Shown piece after piece: positions 49,728-58,891 of a stretch of DNA of 64,000 nucleotides (positions are counted from its first letter, which is position 1; each line of letters starts with the position of its first letter). Under the pieces are notes generated by a model. That model was not told the DNA's origin, did not search any database, and was given only the letters and a program-made list of their open reading frames with translations. Origin of the DNA: a virus; IMG/VR virus record IMGVR_UViG_3300031857_000053, positions 43,267-107,266 of that record. One strand, given 5' to 3'. The position numbers and the translations under genes are program-made.

Positions 49728-50591
49728 TTAAAATATATATCTTATCGTGTTCCAAGGGATAATTTGATCATGTAACTCAGTCCATTCTTTTATATACTGA
49801 GCTTTGAGATTGTATTTATACCTTATGTTTTCACCACCATACTGTGATACTTTATCCTCTTGGATCTCTGGGTTCCATAGTAGATGTTCTCCTGGTAGAT
49901 TGTTAGCTACGTTATACTGATGTTTAGCTTCATTGTGTGTAAGGAAAATTACCTCAGCTTTGACCTTGTCTTTGTGGTCTTCTTTAACAAAGTAATTGAT
50001 AATGTTAAACAAGTTTCTGTAGCTGTCTAACCAACCATCTGTTACTATTACCGGAGAGAAGTTTATATGCACATCATACCCAGCATAAATGAATTTGTCT
50101 ATAGCTTTTATTCTGTCTAAGATAAGACTTGTATTAGGCTCTAGATAATCTGCATATACTTGTGGCATGAGACTAAATCTTATCCTGATTTTACCTTGTG
50201 GGTGTACATAGTACAACAAGTTCTCATTTACATACTTGGTAGCAAAGGATCCCATCGCTCTAGGATGATTCTTAAAGAAGTCAAATATCTTTTGCCACTC
50301 GTGATACTTAGCATGTAAAGCAAAATCTTCATTGCAGGATATATCATAAGTGATATATTCTGGGTGAGTTTGATTAGGTTTTTCTACATCGGCAAAGGTA
50401 CAATGATTATTTATCTCTGTAAGAATATCCATAGTGTTTGTGGCTATATCTAATCCCTCAGATTTATGTCTTTTCATATAACAGTAAGTACAGTTATATA
50501 AACAACCATGACCAAAGGAAGGGCTGATATAATCAGTTGACCTTCCCGATGATCTTATGGTCATAGACTTTCTAGTTACGTGTGTTACCAT
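49728..50591 (-). CDS. Spore photoproduct lyase-like radical SAM enzyme
   Basis: GCLYNCTYCY, FATKY, RIRFSLMP, NFSPVI, KVSQYGG..IRY. Confidence 0.8.
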   Translation of the reverse strand: MVTHVTRKSMTIRSSGRSTDYISPSFGHGCLYNCTYCYMKRHKSEGLDIATNTMDILTEINNHCTFADVEKPNQTHPEYITYDISCNEDFALHAKYHEWQKIFDFFKNHPRAMGSFATKYVNENLLYYVHPQGKIRIRFSLMPQVYADYLEPNTSLILDRIKAIDKFIYAGYDVHINFSPVIVTDGWLDSYRNLFNIINYFVKEDHKDKVKAEVIFLTHNEAKHQYNVANNLPGEHLLWNPEIQEDKVSQYGGENIRYKYNLKAQYIKEWTELHDQIIPWNTIRYIF

Positions 50592-50784
50592 CCTGTTTTA
50601 TTTTATCAGCATAATCTTCTAAAGCTTGTCTATAACCAGCTTCAAAAGCTTCTTTTATTTCTTCATATCTTTCATATTTAGAAATATGATCACCCTTTTC
50701 CATGTGATACTTATTGTCTGCATATTTATGAGCATCAGCCCATGGATTGTTTGCTAACTCTTTGATTGTTAATTCTTTACTCAT
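50572..50784 (-). CDS. Hypothetical protein
   Basis: 70 aa, EAFEAGY motif. Confidence 0.6.
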   Translation of the reverse strand: MSKELTIKELANNPWADAHKYADNKYHMEKGDHISKYERYEEIKEAFEAGYRQALEDYADKIKQDGNTRN

Positions 50785-50818
50785 AGGTTTAATTTATTGA
50801 AGTGTACTTAGCGACAAG

Positions 50819-51188
50819 TTACCAGCAATGCTACAACCATTGTCCAGTAAGTAAATCTGCATCTCCGTTCATAAAATCTTCGTCAGTTGGCTCTCTGCTT
50901 TCTCCGAATGTTTCTTTTTCGGCATCCCAACCGCATTTACTACAACTTTGATAATCAAAATCAATATCATCGTAGTGTCTGCCACATTTAGGGCAATCCT
51001 TATGCGGTTGGTTTTCGTAGTATTCATCATCGTAGAAATCATCTTCCAAATCCGCACTGCTGGTAACAGCACCTTGTTGCAATGCGGGATTTTTCGGTTC
51101 ATTTAAGTTTTCTGCTTCCATTGAAATTTTATTTTAAGTTGATAATTATAGGTTTCAAAATCCCGCACTGACAACAAGCTGCGGAACG
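50819..51188 (+). mobile_element. Integron-type gene cassette (370 bp) with inverted ORF
   Basis: Begins G|TTACCAGCA at 50818. Its exact reverse complement TGCTGGTAAC (51058-51067) opens the attC, which ends in G|TTAGCA at 51188. Confidence 0.7.
50831..51121 (-). CDS. Acidic zinc-ribbon protein (CPKC...CSKC), cassette cargo
   Basis: 96 aa with more GC-ending codons than neighbours. Start codon lies within the attC loop. Confidence 0.7.
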   Translation of the reverse strand: MEAENLNEPKNPALQQGAVTSSADLEDDFYDDEYYENQPHKDCPKCGRHYDDIDFDYQSCSKCGWDAEKETFGESREPTDEDFMNGDADLLTGQWL

Positions 51189-51194
51189 TTAGCA
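51061..51194 (+). repeat. attC-like recombination site (134 bp)
   Basis: R'' TGGTAAC ... R' GTTAGCA. Arms CTTGTTG-CAA-TGCGGGATTTT / AAAATCCCGCA-CTG-A-CAACAAG with one extrahelical base. Confidence 0.75.
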
Positions 51195-51200
51195 CCAATT

Positions 51201-51401
51201 TTAAGAAGTGCTATTACTAACAATTTCATCATTCAAAAACTTTTCTACGCTTTCTCTTCTTGGTGTTTTCAAAATTATAATTTGACTCCCATCGGTGTCG
51301 TGCAAATGAAATAACACTTGTGCTTCAAATTTCATACCCACATCACCATTTTTAGGTGAAATAGTTACTACTTTTAATTCTGTATCTTTAAATTTATTCA
51401 T
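51201..51401 (-). CDS. Hypothetical protein, probable remnant of a second cassette
   Basis: 66 aa directly after R'. Confidence 0.55.
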   Translation of the reverse strand: MNKFKDTELKVVTISPKNGDVGMKFEAQVLFHLHDTDGSQIIILKTPRRESVEKFLNDEIVSNSTS

Positions 51402-51711
51402 AGTTTAAGTTAATATGTTTAAGTTTCCAGATGTATTTAGGATCTTCAGCATAGCCAATTTTAGTTAAGAAAGTATAGTAATTTCCTCTTTTATATCGCG
51501 AATATATTTGTTTTGCATATTCTTCACAAGCTTGTTCTACAGATTCAAATTCTTGTATTTTTCCTTTGTAACTTAATCCAAAAGGATTACACTTGTTTAT
51601 AAAAGCATCAGATTTTAACCATCCAGTTTCTAATACAGCTTGCTTAGTAACAATTTCTGCGTGTTCACACGGCATATACTGGCACATAAGTGTAAAAATA
51701 AATTTTAGCAT
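51394..51711 (-). CDS. Glucosaminidase (GH73)-like muralytic enzyme
   Basis: QAVLETGW, NPFG, GYAEDPKY. Confidence 0.8.
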   Translation of the reverse strand: MLKFIFTLMCQYMPCEHAEIVTKQAVLETGWLKSDAFINKCNPFGLSYKGKIQEFESVEQACEEYAKQIYSRYKRGNYYTFLTKIGYAEDPKYIWKLKHINLNYE

Positions 51712-51722
51712 AAGCTATTAGT

Positions 51723-52043
51723 TTATTTATTTCTTCTTTCTTCATTAATTAGATATAAAGCATAACCTACTGAATCAGTTTCAGCCACCTTTTGGATTGC
51801 TTGTTTCTCACTTAATCCTGCTTCTGTAAATCTAATTGCGCGATCATAAAATTCTTCTAGATGAACACGTGCTTCATGAGTAGAGTCTGCTAATCTATTA
51901 AGTGAGTCAGAGCTTTTTCTTAATCTTTGGATTTTTTCTCTAGATTCTTTTTCCTCTTTTGTTTCGGTTGGTTGTTCTTCTTTAGGAGAACAAGAGAAAA
52001 TTAATAAAGCTAATGCTGCAATAGTTAAAGTTGTTTTTTTCAT
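51723..52043 (-). CDS. Lipoprotein
   Basis: MKKTTLTIAALALLIFSC lipobox followed by coiled coil. Confidence 0.7.
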   Translation of the reverse strand: MKKTTLTIAALALLIFSCSPKEEQPTETKEEKESREKIQRLRKSSDSLNRLADSTHEARVHLEEFYDRAIRFTEAGLSEKQAIQKVAETDSVGYALYLINEERRNK

Positions 52044-52136
52044 GTTGTTTTTTATTTATTTATTTATTTTAGTAAAGCAAGAATTGATATGATTAAGCTC
52101 ATACAAGCTATAAGTAATGCAATAGTGCTACGATTA

Positions 52137-52607
52137 CTATATCTTTTTTTCATATTTAATTTTATTTAATTTTCTAATATAGATTAGTTGTTCATCAATT
52201 GATTTGAATGTATTATTTGATTCTATCTTTTGAATTAATCTTTCTTTATAAGATCTAGATTCAGTGTGTTGATAGAACCTTTCTCTTTCAATATCTTTTA
52301 ATGAATAATCTAATTTTTTTATTACACCATCATTACAAAACTTTTCTAAATCATCTTCTGTTAATTCAGTATAATATCCTGTAAACTTAGATTTAAGTTT
52401 TGCTTTTGGTTGATTATATTTATCAGTAGCCGGCATTACTTTTATCCTTTCGGTATAATCTGAAAATACAATATAGATAACATCTCTTACTACTTCAGAT
52501 GGTAATTGAAGCAACCTTGCTGTATGTAATATTGTTCTATTTTCTTTGATACAATAGCGATAAATTTTTTTACGCAATGTCAAAGACATACGAGTACATG
52601 GTGTCAT
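52137..52607 (-). CDS. Hypothetical protein, possible N-terminal HTH
   Basis: RTILHTARLLQLPSEVVRDVI. Confidence 0.5.
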   Translation of the reverse strand: MTPCTRMSLTLRKKIYRYCIKENRTILHTARLLQLPSEVVRDVIYIVFSDYTERIKVMPATDKYNQPKAKLKSKFTGYYTELTEDDLEKFCNDGVIKKLDYSLKDIERERFYQHTESRSYKERLIQKIESNNTFKSIDEQLIYIRKLNKIKYEKKI

Positions 52608-52624
52608 GATATTTTAATTATTAT

Positions 52625-52936
52625 TTATACTGCTTCTGGGAATTCTACTGCTTCTTTTTCAGCTTCTCTCATTATTTTTTCTAATTTCTCTTCTACCCAA
52701 GCATCTTCTACAAATTGATCTACAATAATACCAAATCTATTTGCAGCAAAATATTGATAAGGGAAACAAGAATCAAGATCTATTTCTGCTAATTTATAAC
52801 CTAAAAGATTTCCTTGCATACGCATTTTACTAACTTCTATTACTGTATACTGATGACCTTTGGTAATCCATTTGGAGGTTGGAATACCATCGGGTCTATT
52901 AGCATCATCTATACAAAGTACTTCAAATGGTTTCAT
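52625..52936 (-). CDS. Hypothetical protein
   Basis: VLCIDD...ITKGHQYTV SH3-like phage family. Confidence 0.65.
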   Translation of the reverse strand: MKPFEVLCIDDANRPDGIPTSKWITKGHQYTVIEVSKMRMQGNLLGYKLAEIDLDSCFPYQYFAANRFGIIVDQFVEDAWVEEKLEKIMREAEKEAVEFPEAV

Positions 52937-53207
52937 CTTTTACTGTTTCAAAATAATTAGGATTCCATTCTGGATTAGTACACATAGATTTTTCCAATTC
53001 ACCACGTTGTTCTGATTCAAATCTTAATTGTTTATGATACTCTTCTTCTGTTTTAATTTCAAAACTTTTTCCAAGATTTTTTATTAATTGCCAATCATTA
53101 TCATATACACCTAGATCAATGATTAATCCTTTTTCTGTAGGCATAGTGAAAAATTGTAAATTAAATACTTGATTATCTTTTTTTACTTTTAAACTTGTAG
53201 TAGCCAT
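52923..53207 (-). CDS. Hypothetical protein
   Basis: 94-aa ORF. Confidence 0.6.
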   Translation of the reverse strand: MATTSLKVKKDNQVFNLQFFTMPTEKGLIIDLGVYDNDWQLIKNLGKSFEIKTEEEYHKQLRFESEQRGELEKSMCTNPEWNPNYFETVKDETI

Positions 53208-53208
53208 T

Positions 53209-53388
53209 TTAATTAGATTTTATCTTTTTATTGCAAAATAAACATTTCCAAGTGGATATTCCAGTTCTTTTTCCGGATCTTTTTATTATGGTAAATTGAT
53301 GTATACAATTTTCATTGACTTTTTTTTTCGAGGCACTAATATAAGATTTTTTTTTCTTAGTGGTACTCTTTTTTTTATTTTTTATCAT
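53209..53388 (-). CDS. Small basic zinc-ribbon-like protein
   Basis: CIH...CLFC, Lys-rich. Confidence 0.45.
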   Translation of the reverse strand: MIKNKKKSTTKKKKSYISASKKKVNENCIHQFTIIKRSGKRTGISTWKCLFCNKKIKSN

Positions 53389-53393
53389 AATAA

Positions 53394-53684
53394 TTAGATC
53401 ATTTTTACAGATAAACCGCAATCTAATAGAGCAAAATATACATCTTGCAATTGACTTATGGTTCCTCTTTTAATCTCACATTTTCCTTTGTAATGAGTGA
53501 GTATGGCACATTGTTCTGCTTGTTCTAAACTATGTTTACAATATTTTATTAAACAATCTATAACATGATCAAAACTATTATACTCATCGTTTATAAGTAG
53601 CAATGTTTTTTCATCATTTATTCCTAGAACTTCTACAGTTTCTTCTTCTATTTCTACTTCAGGAAATAATATTAATTTTAGCAT
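53394..53684 (-). CDS. clpS: ClpS N-degron adaptor
   Basis: LINDEYNSFDHVIDCL...QAEQCA..THYKGKC...GLS. Confidence 0.85.
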   Translation of the reverse strand: MLKLILFPEVEIEEETVEVLGINDEKTLLLINDEYNSFDHVIDCLIKYCKHSLEQAEQCAILTHYKGKCEIKRGTISQLQDVYFALLDCGLSVKMI

Positions 53685-53784
53685 AGTTAAATAAATTATA
53701 ATGTTATCTAAAATAGAAACACTTTACCGGGATTTATTTATTGTATTATAATACCCGGTTTTAAAGTGTTTGTGTCTTTCTATT

Positions 53785-54870
53785 TTAGTGTTCTACAATT
53801 TTAATCTTTGTTTTATCAAATCCTTCTAAAGCTGAAAATACCCACTTCTCATCAACAGTGCCCATATAACATAGGATATGTATAGTAGCGGTATCATCAG
53901 GATTTAATCTTAATAATCTTCCAATTCTCTGGGAAGCTTTTCTCTCGTTGCCATAAGCGTGGAGAATAATACCTTCTTTGAGATTGGGGATGTTTACACC
54001 TTCGTTTAGTTGTAATACAGCGCTTAGCTTAGTAATCTTACCATCTTTGAAATCTAATAGATTTTGTTCGGAGTCTGGATTTTTACTGTGATAGCTATGT
54101 TTACATAGACGATCGGCTTGCTCTTGTGTGTTTGCAAATAATATACACTTGTTGGTGGTGTTGGATAGAAGCTTGGATGATAGTAACTCTTTACTCGGAA
54201 ACTCCATCATCGCTTTCATCCGCATCACGGTCATAATTTGTTGTTCTTTTTTGTGTACAGCATCATCTATTCTCTTAGACCAATATTGATATGTGTTGAA
54301 CTCTGAATCATACCAGCTATTATTTTTCTTAGTCACTAGCATTGTTTTAGCTGTGTTTAGTGTTAGCTTGTGTATTATGATTTCATAGTTGTTCAAGATT
54401 TTATCTTCTATAGCGTTATCTGTTTCATATGTATATACTATTGGACAGTAATTGTTCACCATCTTTCCTTTTTCAGATAAAGCATATCTAGGTGGTGAGC
54501 CCGTTAATCCAATAATTTTCCCTTTGAAATTATTTAGCCATAGTTGGTGAGAGAATAATAAAGAGTGACACTCATCTAAATAAATAACATCATAGTCTAG
54601 ATCTTGTTTGCTTAACGAGAGATAGGTACTAAGGTGTATGTGTGGAATCAGGTGTGCTAGATTATGTTTCTTTGCTTCCTGTATCCATTCTTTTAATATA
54701 GATTTCTTTGATGCTACGATTAAGAATTTAGATGCGAGATTATGATTATGATCCATGTGCATTAGACCTATGAGAGTTTTACCAACTCCCATAGATACTC
54801 CTACACCAGCTCTTTTAAGTGGTAATATTGTTTGCAATGCTTCATGTTGTATCTCGTCTCTTGTTTTCAT
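53785..54870 (-). CDS. Superfamily 2 helicase
   Basis: MGVGKT, DECH, TGS, EGVNIP, QRIGRLLR. Confidence 0.9.
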   Translation of the reverse strand: MKTRDEIQHEALQTILPLKRAGVGVSMGVGKTLIGLMHMDHNHNLASKFLIVASKKSILKEWIQEAKKHNLAHLIPHIHLSTYLSLSKQDLDYDVIYLDECHSLLFSHQLWLNNFKGKIIGLTGSPPRYALSEKGKMVNNYCPIVYTYETDNAIEDKILNNYEIIIHKLTLNTAKTMLVTKKNNSWYDSEFNTYQYWSKRIDDAVHKKEQQIMTVMRMKAMMEFPSKELLSSKLLSNTTNKCILFANTQEQADRLCKHSYHSKNPDSEQNLLDFKDGKITKLSAVLQLNEGVNIPNLKEGIILHAYGNERKASQRIGRLLRLNPDDTATIHILCYMGTVDEKWVFSALEGFDKTKIKIVEH

Positions 54871-54914
54871 GTTGATGTTTTTAAATAGATATTTCAGAGA
54901 AGAATTTTGTTTTG

Positions 54915-55283
54915 CTAATTGTTTTCATAAGATTTAATTTCTGGGAGTTTCATCTCCTTTGCTCTCTCTAAAGATAGCCAAATAAAGCCTCTTTTTATTT
55001 CTTCTTCAGTAAAATAATTCTTAGCACTTTCTACACTAATAGCCCATTGATCACCGGATCTATATGGATTATCTGGATTTGTTGTTTTTGAACTATCGAT
55101 TCCTATAATTAAGAAATAGCTATTCATAAAAGTTGCACACGATTCACAGAAACTAATGGAGCGAGGGGCCTCCGAAGGAAGGATATCACCCTCGCTTATA
55201 TCCATATCATATTCTATAAATATAGCACAAGCTTTACAAGTTTTTCTTTTTAAAGAGAGGTTGATGTTATCTAACTCGTTCAT
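54915..55283 (-). CDS. Hypothetical Zn-binding protein
   Basis: CKAC...CESC. Confidence 0.6.
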   Translation of the reverse strand: MNELDNINLSLKRKTCKACAIFIEYDMDISEGDILPSEAPRSISFCESCATFMNSYFLIIGIDSSKTTNPDNPYRSGDQWAISVESAKNYFTEEEIKRGFIWLSLERAKEMKLPEIKSYENN

Positions 55284-55288
55284 TGTTG

Positions 55289-55513
55289 TTATTTAAATTT
55301 AACTCGATTATTACCTGTTTTTGTAAATTGTTCTCTACAACCTTTGCAGAAAAGATTTATTGCGGATTCTTCTATAAGCATATGCTTTGTACAATTAGGA
55401 CATAGTATCTCCGTGGTACATAACTTTTCCGCATATTGTTTTAAATACTCCGCAGGGTTAGTATCTGGAGCTTCTTCTTGCATCTGCATAAATACTTCTT
55501 TCATTCTTCCCAT
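55289..55513 (-). CDS. Zinc-ribbon protein
   Basis: MGRMKE start, CPNC...CKGC. Confidence 0.65.
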   Translation of the reverse strand: MGRMKEVFMQMQEEAPDTNPAEYLKQYAEKLCTTEILCPNCTKHMLIEESAINLFCKGCREQFTKTGNNRVKFK

Positions 55514-55537
55514 AATAATTAGTTTTTAGTAATTAAT

Positions 55538-55951
55538 TTAAAGTTTAGATTTTGATAGTTTCATTTCCCTAGCTTCTCTTGGATGTGTTTCTATCCACAT
55601 ATGACAAGATCTGCATAAAGCTAACCAGTTTGTTTCATCTAAGTAAAGATCTCCTATTCTCCCAGCTGTATGGTGCACATCAGTTGAGTGGTTAGTACAG
55701 ATACCTGGTAGGTTTGCTTTACAGAGAGGGTGAGAGCTTAAGAATATTTTTCTTTTAGCTGAGTATTCAGCCTCTTGCTTTATTCTTTTTTGGGAACGAG
55801 AAGGAAGCGCTTTCCGCTTCACCGTTGGTTTAGTACGGGGACTTGTAGCATGAGCACTCCAGCACTGCTTACAGTAACGCTTCCTTTGATGATTTTTCCA
55901 AATCACCTTCTCGATCCCGCATCCATCACACGGTTTCTTGTTGACTTTCAT
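55538..55951 (-). CDS. HNH/NinG-like nuclease with zinc finger
   Basis: CDGC..CKQC, DVHH..GR, NWLALCRSCH. Confidence 0.7.
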   Translation of the reverse strand: MKVNKKPCDGCGIEKVIWKNHQRKRYCKQCWSAHATSPRTKPTVKRKALPSRSQKRIKQEAEYSAKRKIFLSSHPLCKANLPGICTNHSTDVHHTAGRIGDLYLDETNWLALCRSCHMWIETHPREAREMKLSKSKL

Positions 55952-56174
55952 CAGATGTGTTGTCCTGTTTATCTTGGACATTGTTAATTGGAGTAAACTT
56001 TTTACCTATAAATAAACCATTTCTAAATGTTTTATTTAGGATGATAACACTTGATCTTATCTCATTGATATCATTTTCCTGTTTAGCTAATTGTTTTAGG
56101 AGTTGCTCCTCCATTTCATTTTCTGGTGCTATTAGCAGTGATACACCGCCATTAACTAAGAATTCTGTTTTCAT
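55926..56174 (-). CDS. Hypothetical protein
   Basis: 82-aa coupled ORF. Confidence 0.6.
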   Translation of the reverse strand: MKTEFLVNGGVSLLIAPENEMEEQLLKQLAKQENDINEIRSSVIILNKTFRNGLFIGKKFTPINNVQDKQDNTSDESQQETV

Positions 56175-56619
56175 GTTTAATAGTTTTTAATGTGTGAGGG
56201 TTAAAAAAATCTTGTGGTAATATACCTTCTGCGCATAGTCTCATAGCAATTTCTTTTTTACTTAGATGTAAATTTTTATTACTAAGAGTGCATTTAAAAT
56301 TTGGATCTGGAGAATCAAAATTATCTAATAAAGCTTTTGTAATTGGAGAGTGATGAAAATATTTCTTAAAAAAGTTATTGGTTAACTCAATTAAGAGTTC
56401 TTGTTTCCACATATTAAGTAGATGTTGAGTTTTCTTGTGAACTTTTATGATGCGCTTTCTCTTCATATAGTTCATACTCTTAATCTTACTTTCACTGTAG
56501 ATTGATAAGCCAAACATAGCTCTTTGAAATAGCAAATTTTGAGTAGCATTAAAATCTTTAGTTTCTCCAATGTGTTGCTTGGTACCTTTAGAAATGATGG
56601 TGTTGTTTGTTTTTTCCAT
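56152..56619 (-). CDS. Hypothetical protein
   Basis: 155-aa ORF. Confidence 0.65.
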   Translation of the reverse strand: MEKTNNTIISKGTKQHIGETKDFNATQNLLFQRAMFGLSIYSESKIKSMNYMKRKRIIKVHKKTQHLLNMWKQELLIELTNNFFKKYFHHSPITKALLDNFDSPDPNFKCTLSNKNLHLSKKEIAMRLCAEGILPQDFFNPHTLKTIKHENRILS

Positions 56620-56681
56620 GTGATAGAATTATCGTTATTATTATAATTGATTTTCTTCTTCGTTTTCTTTGTAGGTATTTC

Positions 56682-56722
56682 AAAAAAAAAGCTAGATACA
56701 AGGAATAACATCCTTGTATCTA
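56682..56722 (-). terminator. Intrinsic terminator
   Basis: TAGATACAAGGA-loop-TCCTTGTATCTA with a U-tract. Confidence 0.75.
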
Positions 56723-56743
56723 ATCTTTTTTATTTCAGCTATC

Positions 56744-57208
56744 TTATAGTTGTAAACTAGAAGAAGAGTTTTCTACTTCTTCTGAAGAAGCGGCATAAGC
56801 TGCTTTGATATCTTCAGAATTAGTATGAGCAACTGTAACATCACTAGCTCTTAAATCGAAAGTAAAGAATGCTTTGCGATAGATAGGTTCACCATCTACA
56901 CAACACACGATTCCAGTTTTACCTGCAATCTTATAATCTCTCTCAGGATCTTCTGAGTTGAAAGGAGTTGTTGATTCCTTAATTATAATCTTACCATCTA
57001 CTTGTTCACCATTAGTCCATCCAAAACCTTTAAGGTCTTTAACAGTACCAGGGATCAGAGCGCTAACTCTTTTCTTACGCGCAAATCCGCGCTCATCAAT
57101 AATCATACGATCTTGTTCTACACGGATATATCCGTATTCAGGATTGCTCTTTGAGGTTACAATCACATTGCCTGCTGGGTCAGCAGATACTCTAACTTTT
57201 GAGTTCAT
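56744..57208 (-). CDS. Conserved phage protein, probably highly expressed
   Basis: 154 aa, K.AG.TGIVC..DGEPIYR motif, strong terminator downstream. Confidence 0.7.
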   Translation of the reverse strand: MNSKVRVSADPAGNVIVTSKSNPEYGYIRVEQDRMIIDERGFARKKRVSALIPGTVKDLKGFGWTNGEQVDGKIIIKESTTPFNSEDPERDYKIAGKTGIVCCVDGEPIYRKAFFTFDLRASDVTVAHTNSEDIKAAYAASSEEVENSSSSLQL

Positions 57209-57314
57209 TTTAATTGAATTTAAATTGGTTATTGTGAACTATGAATTAATAAAGCCCAACCAGTAGTTCTTCTGATTAGGCTATTTGCATAGGGTCATCG
57301 CTTCAGGAACGCGA

Positions 57315-57602
57315 CTATTCTATTTCTTCGATGTTGTCTGCGATATCCGGATATTCATCTTCAATATCCTCTTCTAAAGAGTCACCATGCAAGGGCTCAT
57401 CATATTCGGGTGAATAATCTATGGATTGGTCTTCTTCAACTTGTGGTCTACCTTTTTTTTTGATAGATGATTTATACCAAGGAGAACTAGCATAACTACC
57501 AACATTTTGACTCATAAGATATTGAATATCTTGATCAGTGAGGTCTAGATATTCCTCAATTGTAATGTGTATTACTTTGCCGTTTGGTAACTGGTAGATC
57601 AT
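57315..57602 (-). CDS. Acidic hypothetical protein
   Basis: MIYQLPNGKVI.ITIEEYLDL. Confidence 0.7.
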   Translation of the reverse strand: MIYQLPNGKVIHITIEEYLDLTDQDIQYLMSQNVGSYASSPWYKSSIKKKGRPQVEEDQSIDYSPEYDEPLHGDSLEEDIEDEYPDIADNIEEIE

Positions 57603-57610
57603 CTTGCCAC

Positions 57611-57618
57611 CAAATATA
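57611..57618 (-). promoter_or_regulatory. Bacteroidetes -7 element (TATATTTG)
   Basis: 8 nt upstream of ATG 57602. Another copy at 58238-58245. Confidence 0.45.
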
Positions 57619-57650
57619 ATTAAAAAAGTTTAACACATAGAAAGTTTAAA

Positions 57651-58091
57651 CTAAATTTCACTTATTGTAATCTCTTCAATAGGGTTTACGTAATATTCAC
57701 TAATTTGACTTTGGTCTTTAACTTCTTTATCTTCTTTATCTAAATACTCATATTCTACTCTATAACAATTTTTATTTACAGGGAATATTTCTATAATAGA
57801 AGCTCTTATTTGTTCTTGAAAAATTCTTTTTTCTTCTTTCATTTTATCTAAATTCATTCTCCAAATAGGTAAGATATCTAGTTTCACCCATATTTCTTGT
57901 CCTATTTTATAATCAAACTTTCTATTTATACCTAAAAAAGATTTATAGACACACTCGATTCCCATATCAGTAGTACTAAGATGGTCGATGATGGTTTTAG
58001 ATATTAATTTTTTATTAGGAGAGTCTTTTAAACTATTTAAGAGTAGTAACTCTATGTCTTTATCAGTGATTTCTATATTTATTTTTTTCAT
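57651..58091 (-). CDS. Hypothetical protein
   Basis: 146-aa ORF. Confidence 0.65.
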   Translation of the reverse strand: MKKINIEITDKDIELLLLNSLKDSPNKKLISKTIIDHLSTTDMGIECVYKSFLGINRKFDYKIGQEIWVKLDILPIWRMNLDKMKEEKRIFQEQIRASIIEIFPVNKNCYRVEYEYLDKEDKEVKDQSQISEYYVNPIEEITISEI

Positions 58092-58108
58092 AGTTGATGG
58101 TTTAGTAT

Positions 58109-58142
58109 AAAAAATAAAGCCCGATATTTCTATCGAGCTTTA
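58109..58142 (-). terminator. Intrinsic terminator
   Basis: AAAGCTCGATA-gaaa-TATCGGGCTTT followed by a U-tract. Confidence 0.7.
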
Positions 58143-58438
58143 TGCAAGGGGTTTTGGGAGCGCTCTATGATTTAGTAATAAACCTAAATTAAAAACTGAA
58201 TCATCTAACATTAGACTCCCAAATATTTTGAGGTGAACAAATATATAAATAAAAGAGGTAACAACTGGGCTACTCCCCAACTATTATTGCTCTTATCCTC
58301 ATGTGACTGAGATTCCGTAATAACTTAGGCCTTTATTACAGATATCGGGGGTGTGCCTAAACCCGAGTTTTTTATGGTTCAAGGGGAACAATTGTATAAT
58401 TTAGTATTTTCATAGTTTACTTATTTATCCATTTAAAG

Positions 58439-58464
58439 AAAAAAAGGGCTACTTACATAGCCCT
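58439..58464 (-). terminator. Intrinsic terminator
   Basis: AGGGCTA-tgtaag-TAGCCCT followed by a U-tract. Confidence 0.7.
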
Positions 58465-58597
58465 AATTTCTCTATACTCCACCATTACATAAACCGTTGC
58501 CAAAGGCAAATATTTTAATTTTTTTTGTTGGTCGATGACTCGTGACTCTAAGAGGTAGGATGATAGTAAACCCGAATCTCGTTTACTTTTGGAGTGA

Positions 58598-58885
58598 TTA
58601 GATTAAGAGTTTACATTTTGGTACCTGAACAAATCCTCGTTGTATAAACTCAATAGCTTCTGATATAACTTTAGCATCTACTAGAGCTTGATACATACCC
58701 TCGTTTTCTGAGTAATCTTTTATTAGGACTTCATCATTATTGAGTGGTTCATCGGGGAAGTTGACTGTTGCTACTGCTACTGGTGAACTATCTTCAGCAT
58801 CTACTAGTTCAATAGCTGTTCTATTATTGAGTGGGTATTTCTTTATAAGGATTTCACACTCCCATTGATTGAAATTTATTTTCAT
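58598..58885 (-). CDS. DUF4313-like protein
   Basis: AIEL......P.A.ATVN......IKDYSENEG. Confidence 0.6.
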   Translation of the reverse strand: MKINFNQWECEILIKKYPLNNRTAIELVDAEDSSPVAVATVNFPDEPLNNDEVLIKDYSENEGMYQALVDAKVISEAIEFIQRGFVQVPKCKLLI

Positions 58886-58891
58886 ACTTAC

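Noticed and set aside
50869-51102. Alternative-frame 77-aa ORF within the cassette
   Set aside because: The 96-aa frame has paired CxxC motifs and fills the cassette, so it is preferred.
58315-58366. Pistol ribozyme assignment
   Set aside because: The UUAGGC/GCCUAA pseudoknot is similar, but the AAA linker, P3 and GU cleavage site are missing.
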